Shown here piece after piece: positions 25,786 to 35,276 of a DNA stretch of 60,505 nt. The position numbers and the translations under genes are program-made. The notes beneath the pieces were generated by a model that saw nothing but the letters and a program-made list of their open reading frames with translations, made no database searches and was not told the origin of the DNA. Each line of letters opens with the position of its first letter. Within the stretch, counting starts at the first letter, position 1. Source of the DNA: a bacterium (lineage in GTDB: Bacteria > Patescibacteriota > Minisyncoccia > UBA6257 > JAUSGH01); NCBI GenBank assembly GCA_030649055.1, contig JAUSGH010000013.1, forward strand, positions 1 through 60,505. Reading direction: 5' to 3'.

Positions 25786-26451
25786 CTAAAATTGCTTCCT
25801 CCACTCCTCTATTTTTTTATGATCGCCTTCTACGAGGACTTTCGGGACCTTCCACGGTTTTGCGCCACGCTTCGGGACAAACATTTCCGGACGTGTATAG
25901 ACCGGATAACTCCCCTTCACTTCTTCCAATGATGCATACTTCCCGAGTACACCGGGGATTTGCCTGGCAACCGCTTCAATAACCACTGCCGCCGGAAGCT
26001 CGCCGCCGGAAAGCACAAAATCACCGATGGAAATTTCTTCGTCGGCAACATGTTGCGCCACGCGCTCATCCACGCCCTCATAGCGGCCGCAAATGAAAAT
26101 CAACTGATCGTACTTCGCCAGCCGCCGCGCGGCAGTCGCGTCAAACGTTTTTCCGCGCGTTGAAAATAAAATCACTCTTGTTTTTTTCTTAGTCCCTGAG
26201 CTTGTCGAAGGGCTACCTTTACGTTTCGCAAATTCAACCGCCTTATAAATCGGCGCAACCTGCAATACCATCCCCGGTCCCCCACCGTATGGACTATCAT
26301 CAACTTTGTTATGGCGCTCGCTCGTGAAATCGCGAAGGTTGTGGCTGACAATTTTAATCAAACGCTTCTCTTGGGCACGCTTCAAAATTGACTCGCTGAA
26401 ATAGGAGTCAAGGATATGCGGGAAAATTGTGATGATGTCAAATCTTGTCAT
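25786..26451 (-). CDS. trmD: tRNA (guanine37-N1)-methyltransferase
   Basis: 221 aa. FDIITIFP, GGGPGMVL, CGRYEGVDERV. Confidence 0.93.
   Translation of the reverse strand: MTRFDIITIFPHILDSYFSESILKRAQEKRLIKIVSHNLRDFTSERHNKVDDSPYGGGPGMVLQVAPIYKAVEFAKRKGSPSTSSGTKKKTRVILFSTRGKTFDATAARRLAKYDQLIFICGRYEGVDERVAQHVADEEISIGDFVLSGGELPAAVVIEAVARQIPGVLGKYASLEEVKGSYPVYTRPEMFVPKRGAKPWKVPKVLVEGDHKKIEEWRKQF
26194..26217. repeat. CCCTGAGCTTGTCGAAGGGCTACC element embedded in frame in trmD
   Basis: Encodes GSPSTSSGT in a Lys-rich loop. Same family as 27484, 27748, 52356 and the intergenic hairpins at 10128, 19188 and 47497. Confidence 0.8.
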
Positions 26452-26495
26452 GTATTAAGTATAGAGTATCAAGAAGTACGTATGGGAAATTGAGT

Positions 26496-26526
26496 GTGGT
26501 CCGATGTCCGGCGGACATCGGACCAC
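26496..26526. terminator. 14-bp perfect hairpin downstream of 26536..27033
   Basis: gtggtccgatgtcc-ggc-ggacatcggaccac. Confidence 0.55.
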
Positions 26527-26535
26527 ATGTCTTCG

Positions 26536-27033
26536 CTAGCCCGCCACCGCGGCATACTTCGTGTCCCTTGAGACGCCGTAGTCGCGCCTCGGCGCGGGGT
26601 TGTCGGAGTCGCGATTCACGAGGCCAATGAAGTTCTTCGCATCGGCAATCCGGCGAAGCGCGCAGGCAACGTAGTTCCGGCCGAGTCCCAACTGGTCGGA
26701 AATGAACTGCGCGTCGAACCCACCGGTTTCCATGATGACGTCGAACTCGTGCTTCCGCATGAATTCCAGCACCACGGAGTCGATGTGAATGACGTCGGGA
26801 TTGTCCGCCGTCTTGAAGCGCAGCACGATGTGGTTTGTCGGATCCTCTGCCATCCGCTTCAACGAATCAGCCACAGCGACGGTGGTCCAGCCAATCTGGC
26901 TACATATCCACGCGGCATCAAACGGCACCACGCCACCACTCACCACCACCTCACCGGAACGAAACTTGTGTTCATTCGCCGCAAGGAGCTCCGCCAGCTT
27001 GTCTTCCAGGTAAATGTAGGCCTTGCCGCTCAT
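26536..27033 (-). CDS. Hypothetical protein with two tandem wHTH-like repeats (GC-rich cassette gene)
   Basis: ATG at 27033 preceded by ggaggg. Repeat FDAAWICSQIGWTTVAVADSLKRMAED...DNP / FDAQFISDQLGLGRNYVACALRRIADA...DNP. Confidence 0.55.
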   Translation of the reverse strand: MSGKAYIYLEDKLAELLAANEHKFRSGEVVVSGGVVPFDAAWICSQIGWTTVAVADSLKRMAEDPTNHIVLRFKTADNPDVIHIDSVVLEFMRKHEFDVIMETGGFDAQFISDQLGLGRNYVACALRRIADAKNFIGLVNRDSDNPAPRRDYGVSRDTKYAAVAG

Positions 27034-27183
27034 GCGCAACCCTCCGAAAAGACAACTGATTGCTTCTCTAACGCTGGGACTATAATAGCACGCCTCAAAA
27101 AGCAGTGCAAGCTTGTGCTTGAGCGATAATCATGTTCAGTTATTCCAACATTCTTGAGAATGTTGGAATGATTATTGGTGATT

Positions 27184-27864
27184 TTATACGACGAAATTCT
27201 TCACAAATGTCGCGCGATGGATTTCGGATGGGCCGTACTTTTTTATCGCGGCGATGTGGCGCTTGGTGCCATATCCTTTGTGTATTGCGAGCCCATATTG
27301 CGGGTAACGGACGTCTAACGTATGCATAAACTTGTCGCGCGCGACTTTCGCGACAATAGAGGCGAGTTTGATGGCGGTGAATTTTTCGTCGCCTTTGACG
27401 ATGGTAGAAGCGGAAAGACGCGGATAGCTACGCGGATTTACACGGAGATACAGACCGCCGTCAAGGAGAACTTTGATGTTACGCCCTGAGTTTATCGAAG
27501 GACTACCATTATGTACGCCTTCGACCCTCCGACGCCAAGGCTTTGGCGGGCAGGCAAGCTCAGGCAATAATCTATAGCAAGCGCGAGTTGCCGCAAGATT
27601 CGCGGCTTGGGAAATGTTCATGCGCTCAATCCCCCGCGGATATACGCGGGCAACCATAAAATGGATGTCCGGCTGCGTTTTCACCCACGCCGCCCAGCAC
27701 TCGCGTTGAGATGCGGAAAGCTGCTTGGAGTCGCGGAGTTTCGGTAACCCTTCGACAAGCTCAGGGAATATCCGAAAACCGTGCGGCATCGCCAGCGCGC
27801 AAACCATCACAGGACCGGCAAGGGAACCCCGGCCGACTTCGTCTATTCCGATAATCCATCGCAT
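27184..27864 (-). CDS. rnhB: Ribonuclease HII
   Basis: 226 aa. GIDEVGRGSLAGPV, DSKQLS, and a C-terminal KGYGTKRH motif. Confidence 0.92.
   Translation of the reverse strand: MRWIIGIDEVGRGSLAGPVMVCALAMPHGFRIFPELVEGLPKLRDSKQLSASQRECWAAWVKTQPDIHFMVARVYPRGIERMNISQAANLAATRACYRLLPELACPPKPWRRRVEGVHNGSPSINSGRNIKVLLDGGLYLRVNPRSYPRLSASTIVKGDEKFTAIKLASIVAKVARDKFMHTLDVRYPQYGLAIHKGYGTKRHIAAIKKYGPSEIHRATFVKNFVV
27484..27565. repeat. About 82 nt of repeat-family sequence embedded in frame in rnhB
   Basis: ccctgagtttatcgaaggactacc plus gccttcgaccctccgacgccaaggctttggcgggcaggcaagctcaggc. Encodes PELACPPKPWRRRVEGVHNGSPSINSG. A further copy cccttcgacaagctcagggaa lies at 27748..27768. Confidence 0.8.
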
Positions 27865-28044
27865 ACTTCATACTCTATACTTCCCGTATGTTATACTCAA
27901 ATTAGTGCTAAATAGGTTTCGCTATCGTGGCGTTTTTAGCGTTAAAGGAGGTGAATCAATCGCACTGCCGCGATAACTGCCACGCAAATGTTTTGCGCGG
28001 TAACCCGTTTTTTCCAATTTCCGTTCAGAGGAAAGGATACTCCG

Positions 28045-29562
28045 ATGAGTACCCGCACCAGTCTTGTGCTTGCGGGACTGGCGGTTGTTCTTATGACGCT
28101 TGGCGTCAAGGACTATCGTCAGAATCGCAAGTACGAGGAACTCCAGAACCAGATGGCGGCGCAAAATGCCGCGACCAAGAAGTTGGAAGGGCTTCAGGCG
28201 AAGTACGACGATGAGATCCGAGCGCTCTACAACGCGCAGCTCCAGCACATCAAGATGCTCGCGCGGATGACTGACGAAGCACTCAATGCGCTCGGTCAGG
28301 CTGCCGAGATGCGGCTCCGTGAGGTCACGGGCGTGTGGGAGCAGCGACTCGACGATCTGAAGGCCGCATCCGACGCCCAGCACGCCGCGGATGTCGCGCG
28401 CATCGCCGCGATGGAACGGGCGCTGATGGCTGCCGGAAGCGGAGCGCCGGATGGCTCCGATCTCGCGACGATCTGGAAGGAAAACAACGCCGTCGTGAAG
28501 ATCTACGTGTACTCCAGCTTTGAGTTTGACCGCCTCACGGGCATCTCCGTTGACGAGAACGGCAATCTCAAGTTCAACACGAAGAAGTTCAGGTTCGAAG
28601 GAGTCATCGGCCACCTCTCCGGGTTCGTGGAAGAGCAGAAGAAGAACGTGGACGGCTCGGACGAGGAGTACCAATACCTCTGGTCGGCGAGCCACATCAA
28701 GGACCGCGACAACAGCCAGCCCATCAAGGAGCTCTGGTGCGCGTTCCGCGATGACCTGAATCTGCAACCGGAGAAGGTGGAGATCGTCGGCTACGACTGG
28801 CGCTACGATCTCTCGCTGCTCCGATTCCGCAAGGGATTCAAGTTCCCCGGAAAGGCGTTCCGGCTGGGCAACATGGCCGACGTGCAACCGGGTGACAAGG
28901 TGGTGGCAATGGGAAGCCCGCTGGACGCGCAGTTCGCCATCACCGAAGGTGAGGTGATGGACGTGGACTATCTCGGCATTGAGCAGGGGCTCACCCAGCC
29001 GCGCATCCTCGTGCACTCGGCGCAGATCACCTTCGGGAACTCCGGCGGTCCGCTCATCCTGAAGCGTACGGGCGAAGTCGTCGGCGTGAACGTCGCGCTG
29101 ATGAACAAGCCCGGTGGGTACTTCATGTCTACCTCGGTCAGCGACATGAAGGACATGTACCCGCGACTCAAGAATGCGCGCGGTTTCGAGGTGCTGCACT
29201 CGCAGCTGGAACACGCGGCGTTCGTGAACAGTTGGCGCTTCAACCCTCCCGACTGGGCAGGTATCGGCATGAAGACCGTCGTGGAACGCTGCGTTGTCAC
29301 GACCGAGGTCATGAAGGACTCGGTGGCAGACAAGGCGGGTCTCGTGGCAGGCGACATCGTTCTCTCGTGGAACGGCGTCGTACCGAAAGACGACGCCCAT
29401 CTCTGGCGGATGATCACGAACGTCGTACCCTCCGCCGTGGGTACCATGATGGTGAAGCGTGGGGACGAAATGAAGGAACTGAAGATCGCGCTCGGCATCT
29501 TCAAGGGCAGCGTCTTCACCCACGAACGGTACAAGCTGGAAGAGGTACCGGAAAAGAAGTAG
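28045..29562 (+). CDS. Membrane-anchored HtrA/DegP-like serine protease with C-terminal PDZ (GC-rich cassette gene)
   Basis: Start MSTRTSLVLAGLAVVLMTLG, preceded by gaggaaagga. Coiled-coil segment. Triad candidates SASH, YDLSLL and GNSGGPLI. PDZ-like AGLVAGDIVLSWNGV. Confidence 0.75.
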   Translation: MSTRTSLVLAGLAVVLMTLGVKDYRQNRKYEELQNQMAAQNAATKKLEGLQAKYDDEIRALYNAQLQHIKMLARMTDEALNALGQAAEMRLREVTGVWEQRLDDLKAASDAQHAADVARIAAMERALMAAGSGAPDGSDLATIWKENNAVVKIYVYSSFEFDRLTGISVDENGNLKFNTKKFRFEGVIGHLSGFVEEQKKNVDGSDEEYQYLWSASHIKDRDNSQPIKELWCAFRDDLNLQPEKVEIVGYDWRYDLSLLRFRKGFKFPGKAFRLGNMADVQPGDKVVAMGSPLDAQFAITEGEVMDVDYLGIEQGLTQPRILVHSAQITFGNSGGPLILKRTGEVVGVNVALMNKPGGYFMSTSVSDMKDMYPRLKNARGFEVLHSQLEHAAFVNSWRFNPPDWAGIGMKTVVERCVVTTEVMKDSVADKAGLVAGDIVLSWNGVVPKDDAHLWRMITNVVPSAVGTMMVKRGDEMKELKIALGIFKGSVFTHERYKLEEVPEKK

Positions 29563-29596
29563 TGAACGTATCTGGCTACGCCAGACTTACGCGACG

Positions 29597-29630
29597 CGCC
29601 GCAGGCACTCAGTGCTTGCGGCGTGTTTCG
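29597..29630 (+). terminator. Terminator hairpin of 28045..29562
   Basis: cgccgcaggca-ctcag-tgcttgcggcg followed by tgtttcgtt. Confidence 0.6.
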
Positions 29631-29650
29631 TTACCTGTGCCAAAATTCGA

Positions 29651-29680
29651 ACACCCCCTTTGCCGAAACAAAGGGGGTGT
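29651..29680 (-). terminator. Terminator hairpin of 29691..30488
   Basis: acaccccctttg-ccgaaa-caaagggggtgt, a perfect 12-bp stem. Confidence 0.6.
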
Positions 29681-29690
29681 CGCAGTCATG

Positions 29691-30488
29691 TTACTTCTTC
29701 TTTTCCTTTTCCTTCCGCTTGCGCCGCTCATCCTCGAGCATAGCCTTGAGGTCACTGACGGGCGCAGCGACACTCATGCCGGAATGGTGTTTGTGATCGT
29801 CGGGATAACAAGAGATGTTCACCCCGATAACCAATCCGGTCTTGTCGAGTACCGGACCTCCGGACATGCCTGGCGCCGTCAAAGCGCTATGCAAAAAGCG
29901 GTTTGCTCCGCCCTCCTCTTTGCCGCGGAAGCTAAACTCTCCCTCCGTACGCATGAACAAATGGGAATGCGGCGCGCCCATCGCGACAACATCGTCTCCC
30001 TTTTCAAGCTCTTTCTCGTCGCCAAGGTTCAAGACGCTTCCCTGGTATTCGTAGTCCGGATCCTCAAAGTCCAGCACCACGATATCCGCATTCGCGTTGT
30101 AGCACGACGCGACGAGCGGCACGATCTCGTGCATGTTCCAGAGGTAGACCGCGAACAGCGTTCCGTTCCACTCCCGGAGTTCCGCGACGACATGCCACGC
30201 GGTGCAGATGCGCACGGGTGCCTTCCGATGCTCACGGAACGCGAACGCGGTGCCGCCCTGCACCATGAACCTTCGCGCGCGGTGCTCCTTCATCCCTTCA
30301 TCCACACCGGCCACGTGCATGTACATGAGCGCCTTATTCGCCGTCGACTCGTACGCCTCGTTGTCGCAGACGCTGCAGTCGTACGTTTTCTTTTCCTTCG
30401 GATCGTCGCGGCCTTCCACGCGGGAAGAGCTCACGATCATCACGGCAAACATCAGCGCCGCACAGAGGTATCCGGCAAACCTACGCAT
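29691..30488 (-). CDS. Secreted/membrane-anchored trypsin-like (S1) serine protease (GC-rich cassette gene)
   Basis: 265 aa. SD aaggag. Signal/TM segment YLCAALMFAVMIVSS. Triad candidates AWHVV, DIVVLD and GMSGGPV. Lys/Glu-rich tail. Confidence 0.7.
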   Translation of the reverse strand: MRRFAGYLCAALMFAVMIVSSSRVEGRDDPKEKKTYDCSVCDNEAYESTANKALMYMHVAGVDEGMKEHRARRFMVQGGTAFAFREHRKAPVRICTAWHVVAELREWNGTLFAVYLWNMHEIVPLVASCYNANADIVVLDFEDPDYEYQGSVLNLGDEKELEKGDDVVAMGAPHSHLFMRTEGEFSFRGKEEGGANRFLHSALTAPGMSGGPVLDKTGLVIGVNISCYPDDHKHHSGMSVAAPVSDLKAMLEDERRKRKEKEKKK

Positions 30489-30606
30489 GGCTCACTCCTT
30501 ACATAGAGCCCTTTCAATCTTATTTCACCATACACCCGACAATAAAATACGCAATAGCCCCACGCGGTATGGTGTATCATGGCAAGTTTTTGTATGCTGA
30601 AGTCGT

Positions 30607-33600
30607 ATGCGCTTCACCCACCTCCACACTCACTCGCACTATTCCCTGCTGGACGGCTTGGCGAAAATTGACGCGCTTGTCGCGCGCGCGAAGGAACTTG
30701 GCATGGATGCAATCGCCTTGACCGACCACGGCAACCTCTATGGCGCGGTGGAGTTTTATAAAAAAGCAACCGCCGCGGGCGTGAAGCCGATTTTAGGAGT
30801 TGAGGCATACATCGCCCCAAAGGACCATAAAGATAAAGACCCGCAGGCGAGCGAACGCTACCACCACCTCATCCTCCTTGTTGAGAACGAAACTGGCTGG
30901 AAAAATCTGTTGAAACTCACAACAATCGCCCACCTGGACGGCTTCTATTATAAGCCGCGGATGGACAAGGCCCTGCTTCGCGCGCATCACGAGGGGCTCA
31001 TCGCACTCTCGGCATGCCTCGCAGGAGAAGTCGCGCGCAACTTAATGGCCGACCGTTATGAAGAAGCGAAACGCGTGGCGTTAGAATATCAAGACATTTT
31101 TGGCGCCGGAAATTTCTTTTTGGAAATCGGCCATCACCCCGGAATCAAGGAAACCATCAAGCCTATGACGGAACTGCGTCGGCTCTCCAAAGAAACCGGC
31201 ATCCCGCTTGTGGCGACGCAAGACATCCACTACCTCAAAAAAGAGGATGCAGAAACACACGACATTCTGCTCGCGGTACAAACAGGAAACAAGTTGGATG
31301 ACAGCGACCGCTTGTCCCTTAAAGACGACGACTTTTCCATGCGTAGCCCCGACGACATGGCAGCGCTTTTTGCCGATGTTCCGGAGGCAATCACAAATAC
31401 CGCCGCGATCGCCGATCGCTGCAACATCAAACTCCAACTCAACACCATCCGTCTTCCAAAATTTCCGGTTCCCGAGGGAGGAGACGCAAAAGCGTATCTC
31501 CGCAAACTGTTAGATGAACGTATCGCCTCGCGCTATTCCCCTGTCACGCCCGCGGTCGCCGACCGCATGCAGTTTGAACTTTCGGTCATTGAGAAGATGG
31601 GCTTTCCTGATTACTTTTTGATCGTTCAGGACTTCATCAACTGGGCAAAAGAACGCGGCATTGTTGTTGGCCCGGGCCGCGGCTCGGCAGCCGGAAGTAT
31701 TGTTTCCTACATTCTCGGAATCACCGACGTTGACCCCATCACCTACGACTTGCTTTTTGAACGCTTTTTAAACCCCGAACGTATCCAGATGCCGGACATT
31801 GACGTGGACATCACGGACCGCCGCCGCGACGAAGTGTTTGGCTATTTGCAGGAAAAATACGGCATGGATCACGTGGCGCACATCATCACCTTCGGGACGA
31901 TGGCGGCGCGCGCCGCGGTGCGGGACGTGGGCCGCGCCTTGGGCATCAGCTATACCTTCTGCGACCAACTCGCAAAGCTTATCCCGATGAGTGAGAATCT
32001 GACGGACTCCATGAAAAACGTTACGGAGCTGAAAGAATTTTACGACAAGAACCCGGACGCAAAACGCATCATTGACGCGGCAAAACAAATGGAGGGCGTG
32101 GCGCGGCACGCATCGGTGCACGCGTGCGGCACCGTAATTTCGGAGGCGCCACTCACTGATTATCTTCCGCTCCAGCGAGCGCCACAGGATGACAGCGTTA
32201 TTTTGACGCAATTCGAAATGCACAGCGTTGAAGACCTGGGACTCCTCAAAATGGATTTACTGGGTTTGAAAAACCTCACCATTATCGAGGACGCGGTGCG
32301 ACTCATGAATGCAGCGCGGCCCGAAGGGGCGCCGCTGTTTGACATCCACGACATACCGCTCACCGATGCCGCAACATTTGCAGTGCTGAAGTCCGGCGAA
32401 ACCACCGGCATTTTCCAGCTAGAGTCATCCGGCATGCGGCGATACTTGAAAGAACTGAAACCCACGAGCATTGAAGACATCACCGCCATGGTTGCCTTGT
32501 ACCGCCCGGGTCCGATGGAACTTATCCCGTCGTACATTTTGAGGAAACATGGCAAAGAAGTCATCACCTACCTCCATCCCCAGCTGGAGCCGATTTTGAA
32601 AAACACGTACGGCGTCGGCATTTATCAGGAACAAATGATGCGCATCGCACGCGACCTTGCCGGATATTCGCTCGCGGAAGCGGACACCCTGCGTAAAGCC
32701 ATCGGTAAAAAAATCAAGAAACTTTTGGATGAGCAGCAGACCAAGCTCATCGGCGGCATGATCAAACGCGGCATACCCGAGGCAACCGCGAACGCCATCT
32801 GGGAATTGTTCCCGCCGTTCGCTAGATACGGTTTTAATCGTTGCTTAACGGGCGATACGCGCATCACCGATCCTCAAAGCGGAGCGCGCACGACGCTCGC
32901 GGAGATTTATCACTCACGTTGCCGTCCAAATGTTTTCACACTCAACAAACACCTGAACATAGAAGAGCGCGTCGCGCCCATCGTCTTCCACAACGGCAAG
33001 AAAAAAGTGTGGGAGGTCATGACGAGAAGCGGGCGGCGCATCAAGGCCACGATGAATCATCCGTTACTCACGCCTTCGGGATGGACCATGCTTGAGCAAA
33101 TCTCAAAGGGCGAAAAAATAGCCGTGCCCCGCCGCATACCGGAACCGACCAAACCTTTGCCGTTTGAACGCCACAAACTCGCCGTTTTAGGCTATCTCCT
33201 CGCTGAAGGCAATCTCTGCCATCCGCACGGCGTGTACTTTTATTCAACGCGAGAAGAGGAAATCAACGACTATCTTCGCCATCTTCACGCCTTTCATAAT
33301 ACCGTCGGCGTATTAAACCGTAGCAAGTCCGCAATCTCCGTCTATTCAAAACGAAAAAATCTCAAGGCGCCTTCCGAGGCCGTATCGTGGATTGAATCGC
33401 TTGGACTGAAATATAAAAAGGCGACGCAAAAGTTTTTCCCCGAATTTGTATTTCACCTTTCAAACGACGACCTCGCGGTGCTCATCGCTAAAATGTTTCA
33501 AGGGGACGGCTGCATCAACACCAAGCGCGACCCGCAAATCTTTTACGCAACCTCATCGCCGTTTATTGCCCGCGACCTGCAGCACCTTCTTCTCCGATTC

Positions 33601-35070
33601 GGGATATTATCAACGATCCACGCGAAACGATTCAAGTATCGCGGCGGGATTAAACCCGGCTACACCGTAACCCTCTCGCGCTATGACAACATCCAAAAAT
33701 TCATCTCTGCGTTCGGAAACCATTTAGTCGGCGAAAAACAGCATACGCTTCGTTCTATCTCAGCGACGCACCCAATTATCAACGGCTCACTTACGCCAAT
33801 GGCGGCGCGGGGAAGCTACGACACCATTCCCGTTTCACTCGTTGACCAAGTAATCAAGTCCGCGATTCGCGCGCGCGACTTCACAATCGTCGGTTTCGCA
33901 AAAACCAACGGCTTCGCCGAGCGGCTTTTTTATGACGACGCGAGGAAAATCGGATATTTAAGAGAAACCGTTGCATCGCTCGGATCGCTTTTGGAAGATG
34001 GGCGCCTCATCGCGCACGCGGGCTCCGATATATACTGGGACGAAATAGCGGATATCGTCTATGCAGGAGTTGAAGACACTTTTGACCTTACCGTCCCAAA
34101 GACTCACAACTTTATTGCCAACGATATGTTTGTGCACAATTCGCACGCCGTGTGCTACGCCATGGTGGGATACCAAACTGCGTATCTCCGCGCGCACTAC
34201 CCTGTTGAGTTCTTCACGAGCTTGCTGAACTCCGACTCCGGCGATATTGAACGGATGGCATTTTTGATCGCGGAGTCCAAACATGCCGGGCATGAGATTC
34301 TTCCGCCCGACATCAACAAAAGCTCGGCGACATTTACCCCCGATGGTCAGCACATCCGCTTCGGACTCGCGGCAATTAAAAACGTGGGGACGCATATCGT
34401 GGACGCCATCATTGAAGAACGCAACATGAAGGGCGACTTCAAAACGCTCGCCGACCTCTTGCAACGCGTCCAGCACAAAGACCTCAACAAAAAATCGCTG
34501 GAAAGTTTGGTGAAGTGCGGAGCGGTAGACGCGTTCGGAATTGAGCGGAACACTATCCTCGGCAACATTGAAGAGATTGTGAAATTCGCCGGCGCCATCA
34601 AACGCTACGGCAAGGAAAGCGGCAACGGGCTCTTTACACAAACCGTCTCCTCTTCTGCACTTCGCATCAAGGCGTTTCCTCCGGCAGAGATGAAAGACAA
34701 ACTGCTTTGGGAAAAGGAACTGCTCGGACTGTATGTGTCTGAACATCCGATGAACATCCATAAGGAAAAACTTGCCGGTTTTAAGGCAAAGCCAGTCGGC
34801 GCAGCGCTCAAGGAGCAATCCGAACAATTATATTTCCCGATGGGGGGTGTGGTGACACGCATACAAAAAATCGTGACGAAGAAAGGCGCGCCGATGCTCT
34901 TCGCGACGATTGAAGATTTGACCGACGCGATTGAAGTGATTGTGTTTCCCGAGGCCTTCGGCCGCACCATGAACATCTGGAAAGAAAACAACGCGGTGCT
35001 TTTGATGGGGAGGATGAATTGGAAGAATGGTGAAGCGAAGTTTGTGTGCGAGCAGGCACAGGAGTTGTAG
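30607..35070 (+). CDS. dnaE: DNA polymerase III alpha subunit, interrupted by an intein
   Basis: 1487 aa. PHP domain HLHTHSHYSLLDG, GFPDYFLIV, PGRGSAAGS, PDIDVD. The conserved YGFN(K/R)-SHA site is split by 433 aa. Confidence 0.95.
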   Translation: MRFTHLHTHSHYSLLDGLAKIDALVARAKELGMDAIALTDHGNLYGAVEFYKKATAAGVKPILGVEAYIAPKDHKDKDPQASERYHHLILLVENETGWKNLLKLTTIAHLDGFYYKPRMDKALLRAHHEGLIALSACLAGEVARNLMADRYEEAKRVALEYQDIFGAGNFFLEIGHHPGIKETIKPMTELRRLSKETGIPLVATQDIHYLKKEDAETHDILLAVQTGNKLDDSDRLSLKDDDFSMRSPDDMAALFADVPEAITNTAAIADRCNIKLQLNTIRLPKFPVPEGGDAKAYLRKLLDERIASRYSPVTPAVADRMQFELSVIEKMGFPDYFLIVQDFINWAKERGIVVGPGRGSAAGSIVSYILGITDVDPITYDLLFERFLNPERIQMPDIDVDITDRRRDEVFGYLQEKYGMDHVAHIITFGTMAARAAVRDVGRALGISYTFCDQLAKLIPMSENLTDSMKNVTELKEFYDKNPDAKRIIDAAKQMEGVARHASVHACGTVISEAPLTDYLPLQRAPQDDSVILTQFEMHSVEDLGLLKMDLLGLKNLTIIEDAVRLMNAARPEGAPLFDIHDIPLTDAATFAVLKSGETTGIFQLESSGMRRYLKELKPTSIEDITAMVALYRPGPMELIPSYILRKHGKEVITYLHPQLEPILKNTYGVGIYQEQMMRIARDLAGYSLAEADTLRKAIGKKIKKLLDEQQTKLIGGMIKRGIPEATANAIWELFPPFARYGFNRCLTGDTRITDPQSGARTTLAEIYHSRCRPNVFTLNKHLNIEERVAPIVFHNGKKKVWEVMTRSGRRIKATMNHPLLTPSGWTMLEQISKGEKIAVPRRIPEPTKPLPFERHKLAVLGYLLAEGNLCHPHGVYFYSTREEEINDYLRHLHAFHNTVGVLNRSKSAISVYSKRKNLKAPSEAVSWIESLGLKYKKATQKFFPEFVFHLSNDDLAVLIAKMFQGDGCINTKRDPQIFYATSSPFIARDLQHLLLRFGILSTIHAKRFKYRGGIKPGYTVTLSRYDNIQKFISAFGNHLVGEKQHTLRSISATHPIINGSLTPMAARGSYDTIPVSLVDQVIKSAIRARDFTIVGFAKTNGFAERLFYDDARKIGYLRETVASLGSLLEDGRLIAHAGSDIYWDEIADIVYAGVEDTFDLTVPKTHNFIANDMFVHNSHAVCYAMVGYQTAYLRAHYPVEFFTSLLNSDSGDIERMAFLIAESKHAGHEILPPDINKSSATFTPDGQHIRFGLAAIKNVGTHIVDAIIEERNMKGDFKTLADLLQRVQHKDLNKKSLESLVKCGAVDAFGIERNTILGNIEEIVKFAGAIKRYGKESGNGLFTQTVSSSALRIKAFPPAEMKDKLLWEKELLGLYVSEHPMNIHKEKLAGFKAKPVGAALKEQSEQLYFPMGGVVTRIQKIVTKKGAPMLFATIEDLTDAIEVIVFPEAFGRTMNIWKENNAVLLMGRMNWKNGEAKFVCEQAQEL
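32842..34140 (+). mobile_element. Intein (433 aa) with a LAGLIDADG homing-endonuclease domain, inserted in dnaE
   Basis: N-extein ends ...YGFNR. Intein begins CLTGDTRI. Block B is TMNHPLL. LAGLIDADG motifs are LGYLLAEGNL and LIAKMFQGDGCI. Intein ends FVHN, followed by +1 Ser (SHAVCYAM). Boundaries counted residue by residue: 1299 nt. Confidence 0.85.
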
Positions 35071-35080
35071 CTATTCGGTT

Positions 35081-35110
35081 GTCATCCTGAGGCAGCAGCC
35101 GAAGGATCTC
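35081..35110. repeat. GTCATCCTGAGG..CGAAGGATCTC element (single arm)
   Basis: gtcatcctgaggcagcagccgaaggatctc. Same family as both arms of 46023..46099. Confidence 0.7.
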
Positions 35111-35276
35111 TAGCCCGATTGTGGCACACTCCATGTCTTGCTTCACGGTGCCTGCTCGCTGAAGGTGGAGGGTGATGACAAGGTAGCGCTTACAGCGCCG
35201 GAGCTTAAATTCGAAAAGCTCCTCCACGGAATCCGTGAAGGAGCTCGATGCGATGTTTGCGCCACGTTAGACCCTC

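Noticed and set aside
27922-29523. 533-aa minus-strand ORF, the longest unannotated ORF in the window
   Set aside because: It is fully antisense to the HtrA-like gene 28045..29562, which has clear TM, catalytic-triad and PDZ motifs plus an SD, promoter region and terminator. The antisense translation is low-complexity (H/R/V/L/E-rich) with no start context. Long antisense ORFs are expected in GC-rich genes.
29232-30506. 424-aa plus-strand ORF
   Set aside because: Antisense to the S1 protease gene 29691..30488 and overlapping the 3' end of 28045..29562. Arg/His-rich, low-complexity translation with no SD.
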